A DNA stretch of 64,000 nucleotides. Source: Alphaproteobacteria bacterium (GTDB lineage Bacteria > Pseudomonadota > Alphaproteobacteria > GCA-2731375). A program made the translations under genes and the position numbers. The notes under the pieces were generated by a model that did not search any database, was not told the origin of the DNA, and saw only the letters and a program-made list of their open reading frames with translations. The stretch is taken from NCBI GenBank assembly GCA_965232515.1, contig CBDDPY010000002.1, positions 1,952,001-2,016,000 on the forward strand, in the 5' to 3' direction. Positions 1-8,993 of the stretch are shown piece by piece (within the stretch, counting starts at the first letter, position 1; each line of letters opens with the position of its first letter).

Positions 1-331
1 ACGGCTTCGCCATGCGCACGTCCATCAGGTGCGTGCCGCCCAGATAGGGATCGTTGACGATATAGAGGTCGCCCGGCGCCAGGTCCTTCGCCCGCTCGAT
101 CACCGTCTGCGTCGAATACTGCATGGTGCCGACGAAGATCGGCAGCCCCATCTCGCCCTGGGCGATCAGCTCACCGTTGTCGCGATGATAGATCCCGTCC
201 GACCGGTCCATGGCCTCGGCGATCACCGGCGAGAAGGCCGAGCGCTGAAACGCCAGGTCCATCTCGTTGCAGACCTGCTGCAATCCGTTCTGAATCACCG
301 CCAGCGTGACGGGATCGATATTGCGGCTCAT
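1..331 (-). CDS. Hydantoinase B/oxoprolinase family protein (5' part; runs off the window edge)
   Basis: Not in the ORF track. Manual translation from ATG 331 gives MSRNIDPVTLAVIQNGLQQVCNEMDLAFQRSAFSPVIAEAMDRSDGIY...NDPYLGGTHLMDV, with the HyuB/OplB motifs RSAFSP and NDPYxGGTHxxD. Lies downstream of hydantoinase A. Confidence 0.92.
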   Translation of the reverse strand, partial: MSRNIDPVTLAVIQNGLQQVCNEMDLAFQRSAFSPVIAEAMDRSDGIYHRDNGELIAQGEMGLPIFVGTMQYSTQTVIERAKDLAPGDLYIVNDPYLGGTHLMDVRMAKP

Positions 332-364
332 GGCACGGCCCTCGCCCGACTCGACATCGCCACG

Positions 365-464
365 CTTCGAGACGCGCGCTGCGCACGCTCCTCAGCGTGA
401 GGATCTTTCCTGTATCGATGCAAATCACCCTCGTCCTGAGGAGCGGCAACGCCGCGTCTCGAAG
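365..464. repeat. REP/REPIN-like inverted repeat element
   Basis: CTTCGAGACGCG...GCTCCTCAGCGTGAGG (365-402) pairs with CCTCGTCCTGAGGAGC...CGCGTCTCGAAG (429-464); intergenic between hydantoinase A and B. Confidence 0.8.
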
Positions 465-500
465 GGCGACGCGCAGAATGGAACACCACCATCACCTCCC

Positions 501-2552
501 TCACGCCCTGTAGGCCGGCGGCACGGCGACCACCAGGTTGCCGACATCGTCCACGCGCACCGTGGCCTCGGGCTCGATGACGATCGTGGTATCGAGCTGT
601 TCGATCACCGCCGGCCCGGCGAACTCGGCGTCGAGCGGCAGCTTCGCGCGATCGTAGATCGGCGTCTCGCGCCAACCGGCCGCGAACCAGACCCGGCGTT
701 CGCCCGCCTGCGCCGCCGCAACGCTGTCGGCCCGAGCGTCGGCGGCCATCAGGCTCGCCAGCGACACGGCCCCGCGCCGGCCGATCACCGCCGTCTGCAG
801 GCTGACCAGCACCGGCTGGATCTCTTTCAGTTCGAGCGAGAAACGGTTGAAGTAGACGTCCTCGAACGACCGGCGCAGCGCGTCCTTGTCCACATCAACG
901 CCCGGCAGCGGCACGTGCAGCATGTGGCTCTGGCCCTGGAACTGCATCTCGGCCCTGTGCACCAGCACCAGTTCCTCGACCGCCACGCCCTCGCGTTCGA
1001 TGGTGGCGCGACCCTCGGCGATCTGCGCTTCCAGCACCGCCCGCACCTCGGCCATGTCGAGCTGGTCCAACGGCCGGTTCACCGAGTTCACGTAGTCGTG
1101 CCGCACGTCGGCGACGACGCAGCCGATGGCGTTGGTAATGCCCGGCCGGGCCGGGATCAGCACTGTCGGGATCGCCAGCTCGGCGGCCAGCGCCACGGCG
1201 TGCAGCGGCCCGGCGCCGCCGAAGGCGAACAGCGCGAAGTCGCGCGGATCGTGGCCGCGCGCCAGGCTGACCATGCGGATCGCGCCGGCCATGCGGTTGT
1301 TGCCGATCTGCAGGATCGCCGCCGCGGCGCCATCGGCGTCCAGGCCCAGGGGTTCGCCGACGACCGTGGCGATCCGCTCGCGCACGTGTTCGAGCGAGAC
1401 TGGGCTATCGACCGACAGCAGGGCATCCGGGTTCAGCCGGCCGAGCGCCAGATTGGCGTCCGTAATGGTCGGCTGCTCGCCGCCGCGGCCATAACAAATC
1501 GGTCCCGGCATGGCGCCCGCCGATTGCGGCCCGACCTGCAGGATGCCGGCGTCATTGATGAAGGCAAGCGAGCCGCCGCCGGCGCCGATCGAGTGCACGT
1601 CGACCATCGGCACGTGGATCGGCATGCCGTATTCCAATTGCAGTTCGGAACTGGTCGCCGGAATGCCGTCTCGGATCAAGCCGACATCGGACGACGTCCC
1701 GCCCATGTCATAGGTGATCACATTGGGAAAGCCCGACTGCGCGCCGGTAAACGCCGCCGCCATAACGCCCGACGCCGGCCCTGACATCACCGTGTTGATG
1801 GCGTGCTCGGCGACGATGCGCGACGACACGGTGCCGCCGTTGCCCTGCATGACCAGCAGGTCGCGGCCATAGCCCTGCCCCGACAGTTCGTCCGTCAGCC
1901 GCGAGATATAGCGGTCCAGCACCGGCTGGATCGCCGCGTTCACCGATGCCGCCACGCCGCGCTCGTATTCGCGGTATTCCGAGATAATGTCGCTGCCGAT
2001 GGTGATATGCCGGTTCGGCCAGACCTCGGCGGCGATTTCGGCCGCGCGCCGCTCGTGCGCCGGGTTGGCGTAGGCGTGCAGGAAATGGATCACCAGGCTC
2101 TCGCAGCCGGCAGCCGCCAGCGCCTCCGCCGCCGCTCGCACGCCCGCTTCGTCGAGCGGCCGCACCACCTCGCCGGCCGCGTCCATGCGCTCGTCCACTT
2201 CGAGGCGATGCTCGCGCGGCACCAGCGGTTCGAACGCGCCCAACAGACCATAGGCGTTCGGCCGCGTGCGCCGGCCCAGCTCAATGACGTCGCGAAAGCC
2301 CTTGGTGGTGATCAGCCCGCAACGGCTAATCTTCTTTTCCAGCAGCGCGTTGGTCGTCGTCGTCGTGCCGTGCACCAGCGCGTCGAGCTCATCCAAACGG
2401 CCGTTCACCTGACCGATCGCCGACATCACGCCGAACGCCTGATTCTCGACTGTCGTCGGCACCTTGGCGATCCGCACCTCGCCCGCCGCCTCGTCGAGCA
2501 GGATCAGATCGGTGAACGTCCCTCCGACATCGCAACCCACGACCTTGGTCAT
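501..2552 (-). CDS. Hydantoinase A/oxoprolinase family protein (ATP-dependent cyclic amide hydrolase subunit)
   Basis: Motifs DVGGTFTD, HGTTTTTNALLE, SGPASG, DMGGTSSD, GAGGGS and PGPICYGRGG; 683 aa. Confidence 0.95.
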   Translation of the reverse strand: MTKVVGCDVGGTFTDLILLDEAAGEVRIAKVPTTVENQAFGVMSAIGQVNGRLDELDALVHGTTTTTNALLEKKISRCGLITTKGFRDVIELGRRTRPNAYGLLGAFEPLVPREHRLEVDERMDAAGEVVRPLDEAGVRAAAEALAAAGCESLVIHFLHAYANPAHERRAAEIAAEVWPNRHITIGSDIISEYREYERGVAASVNAAIQPVLDRYISRLTDELSGQGYGRDLLVMQGNGGTVSSRIVAEHAINTVMSGPASGVMAAAFTGAQSGFPNVITYDMGGTSSDVGLIRDGIPATSSELQLEYGMPIHVPMVDVHSIGAGGGSLAFINDAGILQVGPQSAGAMPGPICYGRGGEQPTITDANLALGRLNPDALLSVDSPVSLEHVRERIATVVGEPLGLDADGAAAAILQIGNNRMAGAIRMVSLARGHDPRDFALFAFGGAGPLHAVALAAELAIPTVLIPARPGITNAIGCVVADVRHDYVNSVNRPLDQLDMAEVRAVLEAQIAEGRATIEREGVAVEELVLVHRAEMQFQGQSHMLHVPLPGVDVDKDALRRSFEDVYFNRFSLELKEIQPVLVSLQTAVIGRRGAVSLASLMAADARADSVAAAQAGERRVWFAAGWRETPIYDRAKLPLDAEFAGPAVIEQLDTTIVIEPEATVRVDDVGNLVVAVPPAYRA

Positions 2553-3418
2553 GCGCCCGCCCCATTCCCCAGCCGCCGCGCCGGCAGGTCGCCGACGGTG
2601 GCGGTACGGCCGCGCAGGCTGAGATGCGCCGCCGCGATCAATCCTTCGGCCAGCATCGCGCGGGCCCGGTTAACGCCGCCGAGCAGCGCCGCGTCCACCG
2701 CGCCGTCCGGCAGATCGCCGACATCGACCGTCACCGGCAGGTCGCCGAGATCGCTGTCCGGATCCAATTCCCGCGCCGGCGTCCGCTCAATGGCGGGGTT
2801 GTCGACATTGACGGCATTGGCGATCAGTGTCGCCGCCACGTCCGCCGCGGCCGCGCTGCCGGCCAGTACGGTGACCGCATCGGCGATACCCAGTGAATGG
2901 CTACGGCCGCGCCAGCCGCTGGTGGCGATGCCGCGCACGCCCTGCACCGCCTCGATGCGGGCCAGCGCACCGATCTCCGGCCGGCCGATGTCGGCGACGA
3001 TGCCGGCATCGAACCGCTCGCCGTCGGCCAGATACAGCGCGATGTCGCCGCCGTTGTTCACATAGGCCCTGTCCAGATCGCCATCGCCGGTCATCGCCGC
3101 CAGCACCTCGTCGGCCACGGCGCCCGCGACGGCCGCCATCGGCGTCACGTAGTCGCCGCGATGCGGCCAGACCGCCGCCGCCATGCGCCGCGCGACCGGC
3201 CCACGGAACAGCGGATAGGCCGCGCTCAGGGGGCTCCGCAGGCCCGGCAGTTCCTCAACCAGTTTCTCAAGAATGTCGTCGAATCGACTCGTCGCACGTC
3301 GATATGCCGCCTGAATGTCGTCGGTAGGGCCGAATGCCTCCACCACCAGATCGATCGGCCCATGCTGCAGGTGCAGCCGCCGGCCGTCGGGCAACAGGCT
3401 GGATCGCGGCCGCTGCAC
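2549..3418 (-). CDS. UPF0280 family ApbE-superfamily protein (putative flavin transferase)
   Basis: Motifs HLQHGPIDL, TPMAAVAGAVAD, VNNGGDIA and GIATSGWRGRSHSLGIADAVTV; 4-bp overlap with hydantoinase A. Confidence 0.88.
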   Translation of the reverse strand: MQRPRSSLLPDGRRLHLQHGPIDLVVEAFGPTDDIQAAYRRATSRFDDILEKLVEELPGLRSPLSAAYPLFRGPVARRMAAAVWPHRGDYVTPMAAVAGAVADEVLAAMTGDGDLDRAYVNNGGDIALYLADGERFDAGIVADIGRPEIGALARIEAVQGVRGIATSGWRGRSHSLGIADAVTVLAGSAAAADVAATLIANAVNVDNPAIERTPARELDPDSDLGDLPVTVDVGDLPDGAVDAALLGGVNRARAMLAEGLIAAAHLSLRGRTATVGDLPARRLGNGAGA

Positions 3419-3420
3419 GA

Positions 3421-4905
3421 TCAGGCCCCGCCCACCGGCCAGGGGTTGTCGGGCCGCCAGGGCTGCGCCTGCAGGACCTCACGCGCCAGCACGTCGGCCA
3501 GCGGCACGATGGCGTCGACATAGCCGCCCAGCGCCGCGTATTCGTCGCGCGGCATGGTGAACTCGATCGGCGCCACCAGCGCCGGCGTCGGCACATGGCC
3601 GAACGACCGCGCCGGCATGCGGGTGACATCGACCAGGAAGGTGATGCCGCCGCCGGGCCAGACATAGACCGGCGCGCCGCCGCTCGTCACCCGCGACAGA
3701 GTCTGCCGCACCGAGCGGGTCAGCCGTACCGGGTTCTCGGTGACGCCGGCGCGCAGGCTGCCGCCGGCCCCGGCCATGAACATGACCGAACAGAGCGCGG
3801 GCTCGCAGTTCTCGGCGATGCGCTCGTTCACCACGTCCAGCGGCGCCGGCATCGCGGCCGGCCGGAACCGCAGATCGTCGTCCAGTTCGTAGAAGGCCGC
3901 GTCCTCGCCGGTGGTGCTGACCATCAGCATCCGCAGGCCCGGCCAGGCGGTCTTCGGATCGACCTTTTCGATGATAGTCAGCGGATCGGTCACATCGGTG
4001 CCGCCCCAGCCGTCGCCGTGGTGCGCCACCTGGAAATAGCGGCCGGGCGTCGAACGCCGGCCGCGCACCCGCACGCCGGCGGGCGGCAGGTCCAGGAAGC
4101 GGCCGGCCTGGTGCTCGGTCAAGACGCCGGTGATGTGATCGTCGACGACCACGACCTCATCCGCGTGGCCCTGCCACTGCTTGGCGAACATGCCGATGGT
4201 GGCCGAGCCGCAGCCGACCCGCATGCGTTCCTCGACCTCGCCGTTGATGATGGGCGCGGCCCCGGCCTGCACGACGATGTCGACGCCGTCGTCGACGCTC
4301 AGCTCGACCGGTTCGCCGTTGCAAAGGTCCAGCATCATGCGGCAGGTGACCGTGCCTTCCTTCTTGCTGCCGCCGGTCAGGTGGCGCACGCCGCCCAGCG
4401 CCAGCATCTGGCTGCCGTACTCGGCCGTCGTCACGTGGCCGACCTGCTCGCCCTCGCAGCGCACGGCCTGTTGCTCCTCGCCCAGGAACCGGTCGGTGTC
4501 GATCTTCACCTTGACGCCGCAGTAGCTGAAGATGCCTTCCGAGACCACGGTCACCATGTCGACGCCGTCATGCTCCGCGGCGACGATAAACGGCGCCGGC
4601 TTGTAGTCGGGATAGGTCGTGCCCGAACCCACACCGGTCACGAACGTCGGCGCGTCCGGCACCAGACTGCCGTCCCAGCTCTCCGCCCCCTCCAGGAACG
4701 GCACCATGGCGCCGTCGCGTTCGGCCGTGGCTTGCGCCACCACCAGCGGGTCGACTCGCGTCAGCCGGCCATCGATGTTGGCGTAGCGGTCGCAGGCCCC
4801 GGCCTTGCCCGGCCGGATCCGGCACAGCACCGGACAGGCATCGCAGCGGATCAGGCCGTCATTGCCGGCCGCGTTGTCGTTGCTCGCGGTGATCGCGTCG
4901 CTCAT
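3421..4905 (-). CDS. hnr: 6-hydroxynicotinate reductase-like Fe-S flavoprotein
   Basis: True start is ATG 4905 (MSDAITAS), inside track ORF 3421..5841. Motifs CDACPVLC..GACDRY, GSGTTYPDYKPAPFIV, SYCGVKVKIDTDR, RMRVGCGSATIGMF and VDDHITGVLTEHQAG; overlaps the stop of the Mo subunit. Confidence 0.88.
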   Translation of the reverse strand: MSDAITASNDNAAGNDGLIRCDACPVLCRIRPGKAGACDRYANIDGRLTRVDPLVVAQATAERDGAMVPFLEGAESWDGSLVPDAPTFVTGVGSGTTYPDYKPAPFIVAAEHDGVDMVTVVSEGIFSYCGVKVKIDTDRFLGEEQQAVRCEGEQVGHVTTAEYGSQMLALGGVRHLTGGSKKEGTVTCRMMLDLCNGEPVELSVDDGVDIVVQAGAAPIINGEVEERMRVGCGSATIGMFAKQWQGHADEVVVVDDHITGVLTEHQAGRFLDLPPAGVRVRGRRSTPGRYFQVAHHGDGWGGTDVTDPLTIIEKVDPKTAWPGLRMLMVSTTGEDAAFYELDDDLRFRPAAMPAPLDVVNERIAENCEPALCSVMFMAGAGGSLRAGVTENPVRLTRSVRQTLSRVTSGGAPVYVWPGGGITFLVDVTRMPARSFGHVPTPALVAPIEFTMPRDEYAALGGYVDAIVPLADVLAREVLQAQPWRPDNPWPVGGA

Positions 4906-7673
4906 GCCGCGCCTCCCTGCCGCAATATGGCCGCGCGCACCCGGTCGGGCGTCGCCGGCAGCTTGTAGATCCGCACGCCGGTCGCGTCGTGGATCGCGCC
5001 CAGGATCGCCGGCGCGGTCGGCACCAGGCCGGGCTCGCCGACGCCCTTGGCGCCGAACGCCGCCGTCGGCTCCGGGTCCTCGATCAGGATGGTCTCGATC
5101 TTGGGCATGTCGCCGAACGTGGGGATCAGATAGTCGTGCAGGTTTTCGGTGACGCCGGGCAGGTATTCCTCCATCAGCGCCAGGCCCAGGCCCTGGGCGA
5201 TGCCGCCATGGATCTGCCCTTCGACCAGCGCCGGGTTGATCGCCCGGCCGACATCGTGCGCCGCCACCATGCGCAGGACCCTGGTGGTGCCAAGCTCCCG
5301 GTCGACCTCGACCACCGCGAACTGCGCCGCGAAGGCGTAGGTCGCGTACGGCACGCCCTGCCCGTCCGCGTCGAGCGTCGTGGTCGGCGGATCGAAGCTC
5401 CCGACGCCGCTCAACACATGGCCATCCGCGTCGACGGCCATGTCGGCAAGGCCGATGCGCCGCACCACCGCGCCGTCCTCGATCTCCAGCTCGCCGTCGC
5501 CGATATGGATCACCGCGTCGCCGCCGGCATTGGCCAGCCGCAGGATCTGCGCCCGCAGGTCGGCGGCGGCCCGCGCCACCGCGTTGCCGGAGACGAAGGT
5601 CTGCCGCGAGGCCGAGCTCTTGCCGGCGTCCGCCGTGCGGTCGGTATCGCCGAACACCTGGTTGATGCGGTCGAAGGGGATACCGAGCGCGTCGGCGCAG
5701 ATCTGCGCCATGATCGTGTGGCTGCCCTGGCCGATGTCGATGGCGCCGTTGTAGAGCGTGACGCCGCCGTCCGGCGACAGCCCCACCTTCATGGTCGACG
5801 GGTTCGACATCGAGGTATTGCCGATGCCGTACCACATGCAACCGATGCCTAAGCCTCGCTTCGCAACACGTTGATTTTCATTGAATTCCGCGACATCCGC
5901 CTTGGCCTGCCGCCAAGCCGGCCGCAACGCTTCCAGGCACGCGGCCAGGCCCGCGCTGGCGTCGAGCGTCTGGCCCGTCGCGGTGACGTCGCCGACCCGA
6001 AGCGCGTTCGTCAGCCGGAAGTCCAGCCGGTCCATGCCGACGTCGGCCGCCAGCATGTCCATGCAGGCCTCGTGCGCGACGGCGGCCTGCGGCACGCCGA
6101 AGCCGCGAAAGGCGCCGGCCGGCGGCGCGTTGGTGAACCACGCCCGGCCCTCTGTGCGCACGTTGGCGACGGCATAGGGTCCCATGGCATGCACCGGCAC
6201 GCGGCCGGCGACCGTCGGGCCCCAGGAGGCATAGGCGCCGGTGTCGAAGTCGGCCGCGATGTCGGCGGCGACCAGCTTGCCGTCCGCGTCGCAGCCGAAG
6301 CGGGCCTCGACGCGGGCCGGGTGCCGCTTGGTCGTCGCCGCCATGGATTCCGGCCGCGTGTAGACGCAGGCCACCGGCCGATCCAACCGCCAGGCCGCGA
6401 CCGCGACCATGGGCTGCAGCGACTGATCGAGCTTGCCGCCGAAGCCGCCGCCGCAGGCCGTCGGCACGATGCGCACGGCGTCCGGCGCGATGCCCAGCAC
6501 GTGCGCCGTCTCGTCCCGGTCCATGTAGGGCGTCTGCGTGGTCGCATGCACCTCGATACGGTCGCCGACGCGCTCGGCGAAGCCCGCCTCGGGCTCGATA
6601 TAGGCATGCTCGACGAAGCCGGTCTCCCAGACGCCGGCCGCCACATGCGCGCAAGCTTCAAGCGCCGACGCGGCATCGCCGGAGACGACACGACCCGAGG
6701 TCAGGAAGTTCCCCGGCTTGTCGGCCTGCACCAGCGGCGCATCAGGAGCACGCGCCGCGGCGATACCGGTGACCGGCGCGAGCGGCGTGTACCGGATCGG
6801 TATCTCGTCGTCGCGAATGGCCTCGACGGTTGTCCGGTCGCCGACCAGCGCCAGCACCGCCTCGCCGCGATACCGGACCAGGCGATCGGCGAACACCGGT
6901 TGATCCTTCAGATCAGCATAGATTCCGAAGTTATTGTTTCCGGGCACATCCTTCGCGGTCAGCACCGCGGCCAGACCGGGCCATCGGGCGCGCAGGTCGT
7001 CGAGATCGCCGAGTTCGAACGTGGCGCTGGCATGGGGCGCGCGTACGGCCCGCAGCCACAGCGCACGGTCGGGGATGACGTCGGCGCCGAAATCGGCATC
7101 GCCCGTCAGCTTGGCGACGCCGTCGACCCGGCCGACCCGCGCCCCCACCGCGGCGCCGTGCGCGGCGCCGGGCGGCAGGCCGACATCGGCGGCGTCCATC
7201 ACCGCCTCAACGATCTTCTGGTAGCCGGTGCAACGGCACAGCACGCCGCCCAGCGCATCCATCACCTCTTCCTCGTTCGGATGCTGCTTGCGCGCCAGCA
7301 CGTGCGCCGCGGCGGCCAGCATGCCCGGCATACAGATCCCGCACTGCGCCGCGCCGTGCCGGTGGAAGGCCTGTTGGATCCGGTTCAGCGTGCCGTGCGC
7401 CATCATGCCCTCGACCGAGACCACCATCTTGCCGTCGGCGTGGGCCGCCGGGACCATGCAGGCGCAGACCTGTGCGCCGTCCAGCAGCACCGTGCAGGCG
7501 CCGCAATCGCCGGCGTTGCAGCCGACCTTGACGCCGGTGAAGCCGAACTCGTCGCGCAGCGCGTCGGACAGCCGTTGCAGTGGCAAGACACGCGCCGTCC
7601 GCCGCTGACTGTTCAGGAACAGCGAAATCTCCACGCGGCCGTCATCGTCGCTGATGGGGGCCGCGTCGCTCAT
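4902..7673 (-). CDS. Xanthine oxidase-family molybdenum hydroxylase, fused 2Fe-2S + Mo-binding subunit (nicotinate dehydrogenase-like)
   Basis: N-terminal GCNAGDCGACTV, QCGIC and LCRCTGY 2Fe-2S motifs; Moco motifs GGGFGGK, AFRGFG, ASRQT and AKGVGE. Start ATG 7673 overlaps the upstream stop. Confidence 0.92.
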   Translation of the reverse strand: MSDAAPISDDDGRVEISLFLNSQRRTARVLPLQRLSDALRDEFGFTGVKVGCNAGDCGACTVLLDGAQVCACMVPAAHADGKMVVSVEGMMAHGTLNRIQQAFHRHGAAQCGICMPGMLAAAAHVLARKQHPNEEEVMDALGGVLCRCTGYQKIVEAVMDAADVGLPPGAAHGAAVGARVGRVDGVAKLTGDADFGADVIPDRALWLRAVRAPHASATFELGDLDDLRARWPGLAAVLTAKDVPGNNNFGIYADLKDQPVFADRLVRYRGEAVLALVGDRTTVEAIRDDEIPIRYTPLAPVTGIAAARAPDAPLVQADKPGNFLTSGRVVSGDAASALEACAHVAAGVWETGFVEHAYIEPEAGFAERVGDRIEVHATTQTPYMDRDETAHVLGIAPDAVRIVPTACGGGFGGKLDQSLQPMVAVAAWRLDRPVACVYTRPESMAATTKRHPARVEARFGCDADGKLVAADIAADFDTGAYASWGPTVAGRVPVHAMGPYAVANVRTEGRAWFTNAPPAGAFRGFGVPQAAVAHEACMDMLAADVGMDRLDFRLTNALRVGDVTATGQTLDASAGLAACLEALRPAWRQAKADVAEFNENQRVAKRGLGIGCMWYGIGNTSMSNPSTMKVGLSPDGGVTLYNGAIDIGQGSHTIMAQICADALGIPFDRINQVFGDTDRTADAGKSSASRQTFVSGNAVARAAADLRAQILRLANAGGDAVIHIGDGELEIEDGAVVRRIGLADMAVDADGHVLSGVGSFDPPTTTLDADGQGVPYATYAFAAQFAVVEVDRELGTTRVLRMVAAHDVGRAINPALVEGQIHGGIAQGLGLALMEEYLPGVTENLHDYLIPTFGDMPKIETILIEDPEPTAAFGAKGVGEPGLVPTAPAILGAIHDATGVRIYKLPATPDRVRAAILRQGGAA

Positions 7674-8509
7674 CCCGCCCTCACTTCTGCGAGCAAACGG
7701 CGCACCAACGTCAGCGCCGCATCCCGCCGATAGTCCGCCGTGCCGCGGCAATCGTCGATCGGCGACAGCGCCGCGAGGTGCGTAGAATCAACAAGACTTT
7801 CCATTGGAATATCAATGGATTGTCCAACTAAGCTCGCTTCAAGTCCGAACAATCGACAAGCCACCTCCGAGCACGAACCGACGGCAATTCGGGCCGCGGT
7901 CACACGCCGGTCGGCGTCCAAGGCGAGGACGCCCGCCGCCATGACGATCGAAATCACCAGGTAGCGCCGGCTGCCGAGCTTGAGAAAGTGGCCGCGCGAA
8001 TCGTCGGCGGGCTTGGGCACGATGATGGCGGTCACCAACTGGTCGGCCGAACGCCGCGTCCGGCGATTGCCGGTAATGAAGTCGGCCAACGGCAGGGCAG
8101 CCAGCCCCGCCGGTCCCGACAGCTCGACGCGGGCGTCCAGGCTCAACAGCGGCGGTACGCCGTCGGCCGCGGGCGAGGCATTGCAGATATTGCCGGCGAC
8201 GGTGCCCATGTTCTGGACCTGCATGCCGCCGACTTCCCGCGCCGCCAGCTTCAGCCCGTCGAAACAGGCCGGCAGCTCGGCCTCGATCAGGTCGGTCCAC
8301 GTCGTGGTCGCGCCGATGCGCCAGTGGTCGCCGGCATCGGCGATGCCGCGTAATTCCTCGATGGCGCTGATATCGAGTACGTCGTCGTCGAGCGGCTTGC
8401 CGACCCGTGCGGGGTAAAAATCGGTGCCGCCGGCAATCACCGTCAGGTCGCCCGCCGCCAGCGCCGCGACCGCCTCCGCTACAGCTGTCGGACGGACATA
8501 CCTGCCCAT
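7670..8509 (-). CDS. Molybdenum hydroxylase FAD-binding subunit (NdhF/CoxM-like)
   Basis: Motifs IAGGTD, QVQNMGTVAGNICNASPAADG and SPIDDCRGTADYR; start ATG 8509 (MGRYVRPT). Confidence 0.92.
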   Translation of the reverse strand: MGRYVRPTAVAEAVAALAAGDLTVIAGGTDFYPARVGKPLDDDVLDISAIEELRGIADAGDHWRIGATTTWTDLIEAELPACFDGLKLAAREVGGMQVQNMGTVAGNICNASPAADGVPPLLSLDARVELSGPAGLAALPLADFITGNRRTRRSADQLVTAIIVPKPADDSRGHFLKLGSRRYLVISIVMAAGVLALDADRRVTAARIAVGSCSEVACRLFGLEASLVGQSIDIPMESLVDSTHLAALSPIDDCRGTADYRRDAALTLVRRLLAEVRAG

Positions 8510-8765
8510 GCCGCACTCATTCCCCATGCCGCAAACTTGTTTGTGTACATATGAATTTTGCGGGTCGACGGCGGTGGCTGTCAAGGTCGGGCATGGGCGT
8601 CAGCCTCTGAACGACCTGAATTTGACACCGGATTTGCGCTGGCTCAAAGCGTCACGAATTCTTAATGATTTACTAATAGACAACACCAGCAACAGATCGT
8701 CGATTGCGCGGCGGGTCCCAGGGCCGGTCGCCGTCCGATCACCGGCACGGGGGTTATGCAATCTT

Positions 8766-8993
8766 ATGGGCCGCGTCATCAGCAATGCGCGCGACTACGA
8801 TACGGCATTACGCGAACTGATCGACCTCAGGTTCGAACGCCAATCTGCCAACAGCGCGGCGATCGCCCGCCTGGAATCCGCGATCTATAAATATGTGAGG
8901 CAACGCCAGCAGGCGGCCGATGAAACGACGGCGCCCGCGGCGCGCGGCGCGACTAGCCCGCGTCAAGAAGCGACAGCATATCGTCAAGGGTAA
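8766..8993 (+). CDS. Small hypothetical protein (75 aa)
   Basis: MGRVISNARDYDTALRELIDLRFERQ... looks helical and follows an AT-rich promoter-like region; its 3' end overlaps the convergent reductase gene by 41 bp. Confidence 0.4.
   Translation: MGRVISNARDYDTALRELIDLRFERQSANSAAIARLESAIYKYVRQRQQAADETTAPAARGATSPRQEATAYRQG

Noticed and set aside
3421-5841. Apparent 806-aa N-terminally extended reductase
   Set aside because: The extension overlaps the Mo subunit in another frame; the real start is ATG 4905 with a GGGAGG SD.
8742-8760. Sigma-54-like GGCACG...TGCA
   Set aside because: GG-to-GC spacing is 12 nt rather than the required 10.
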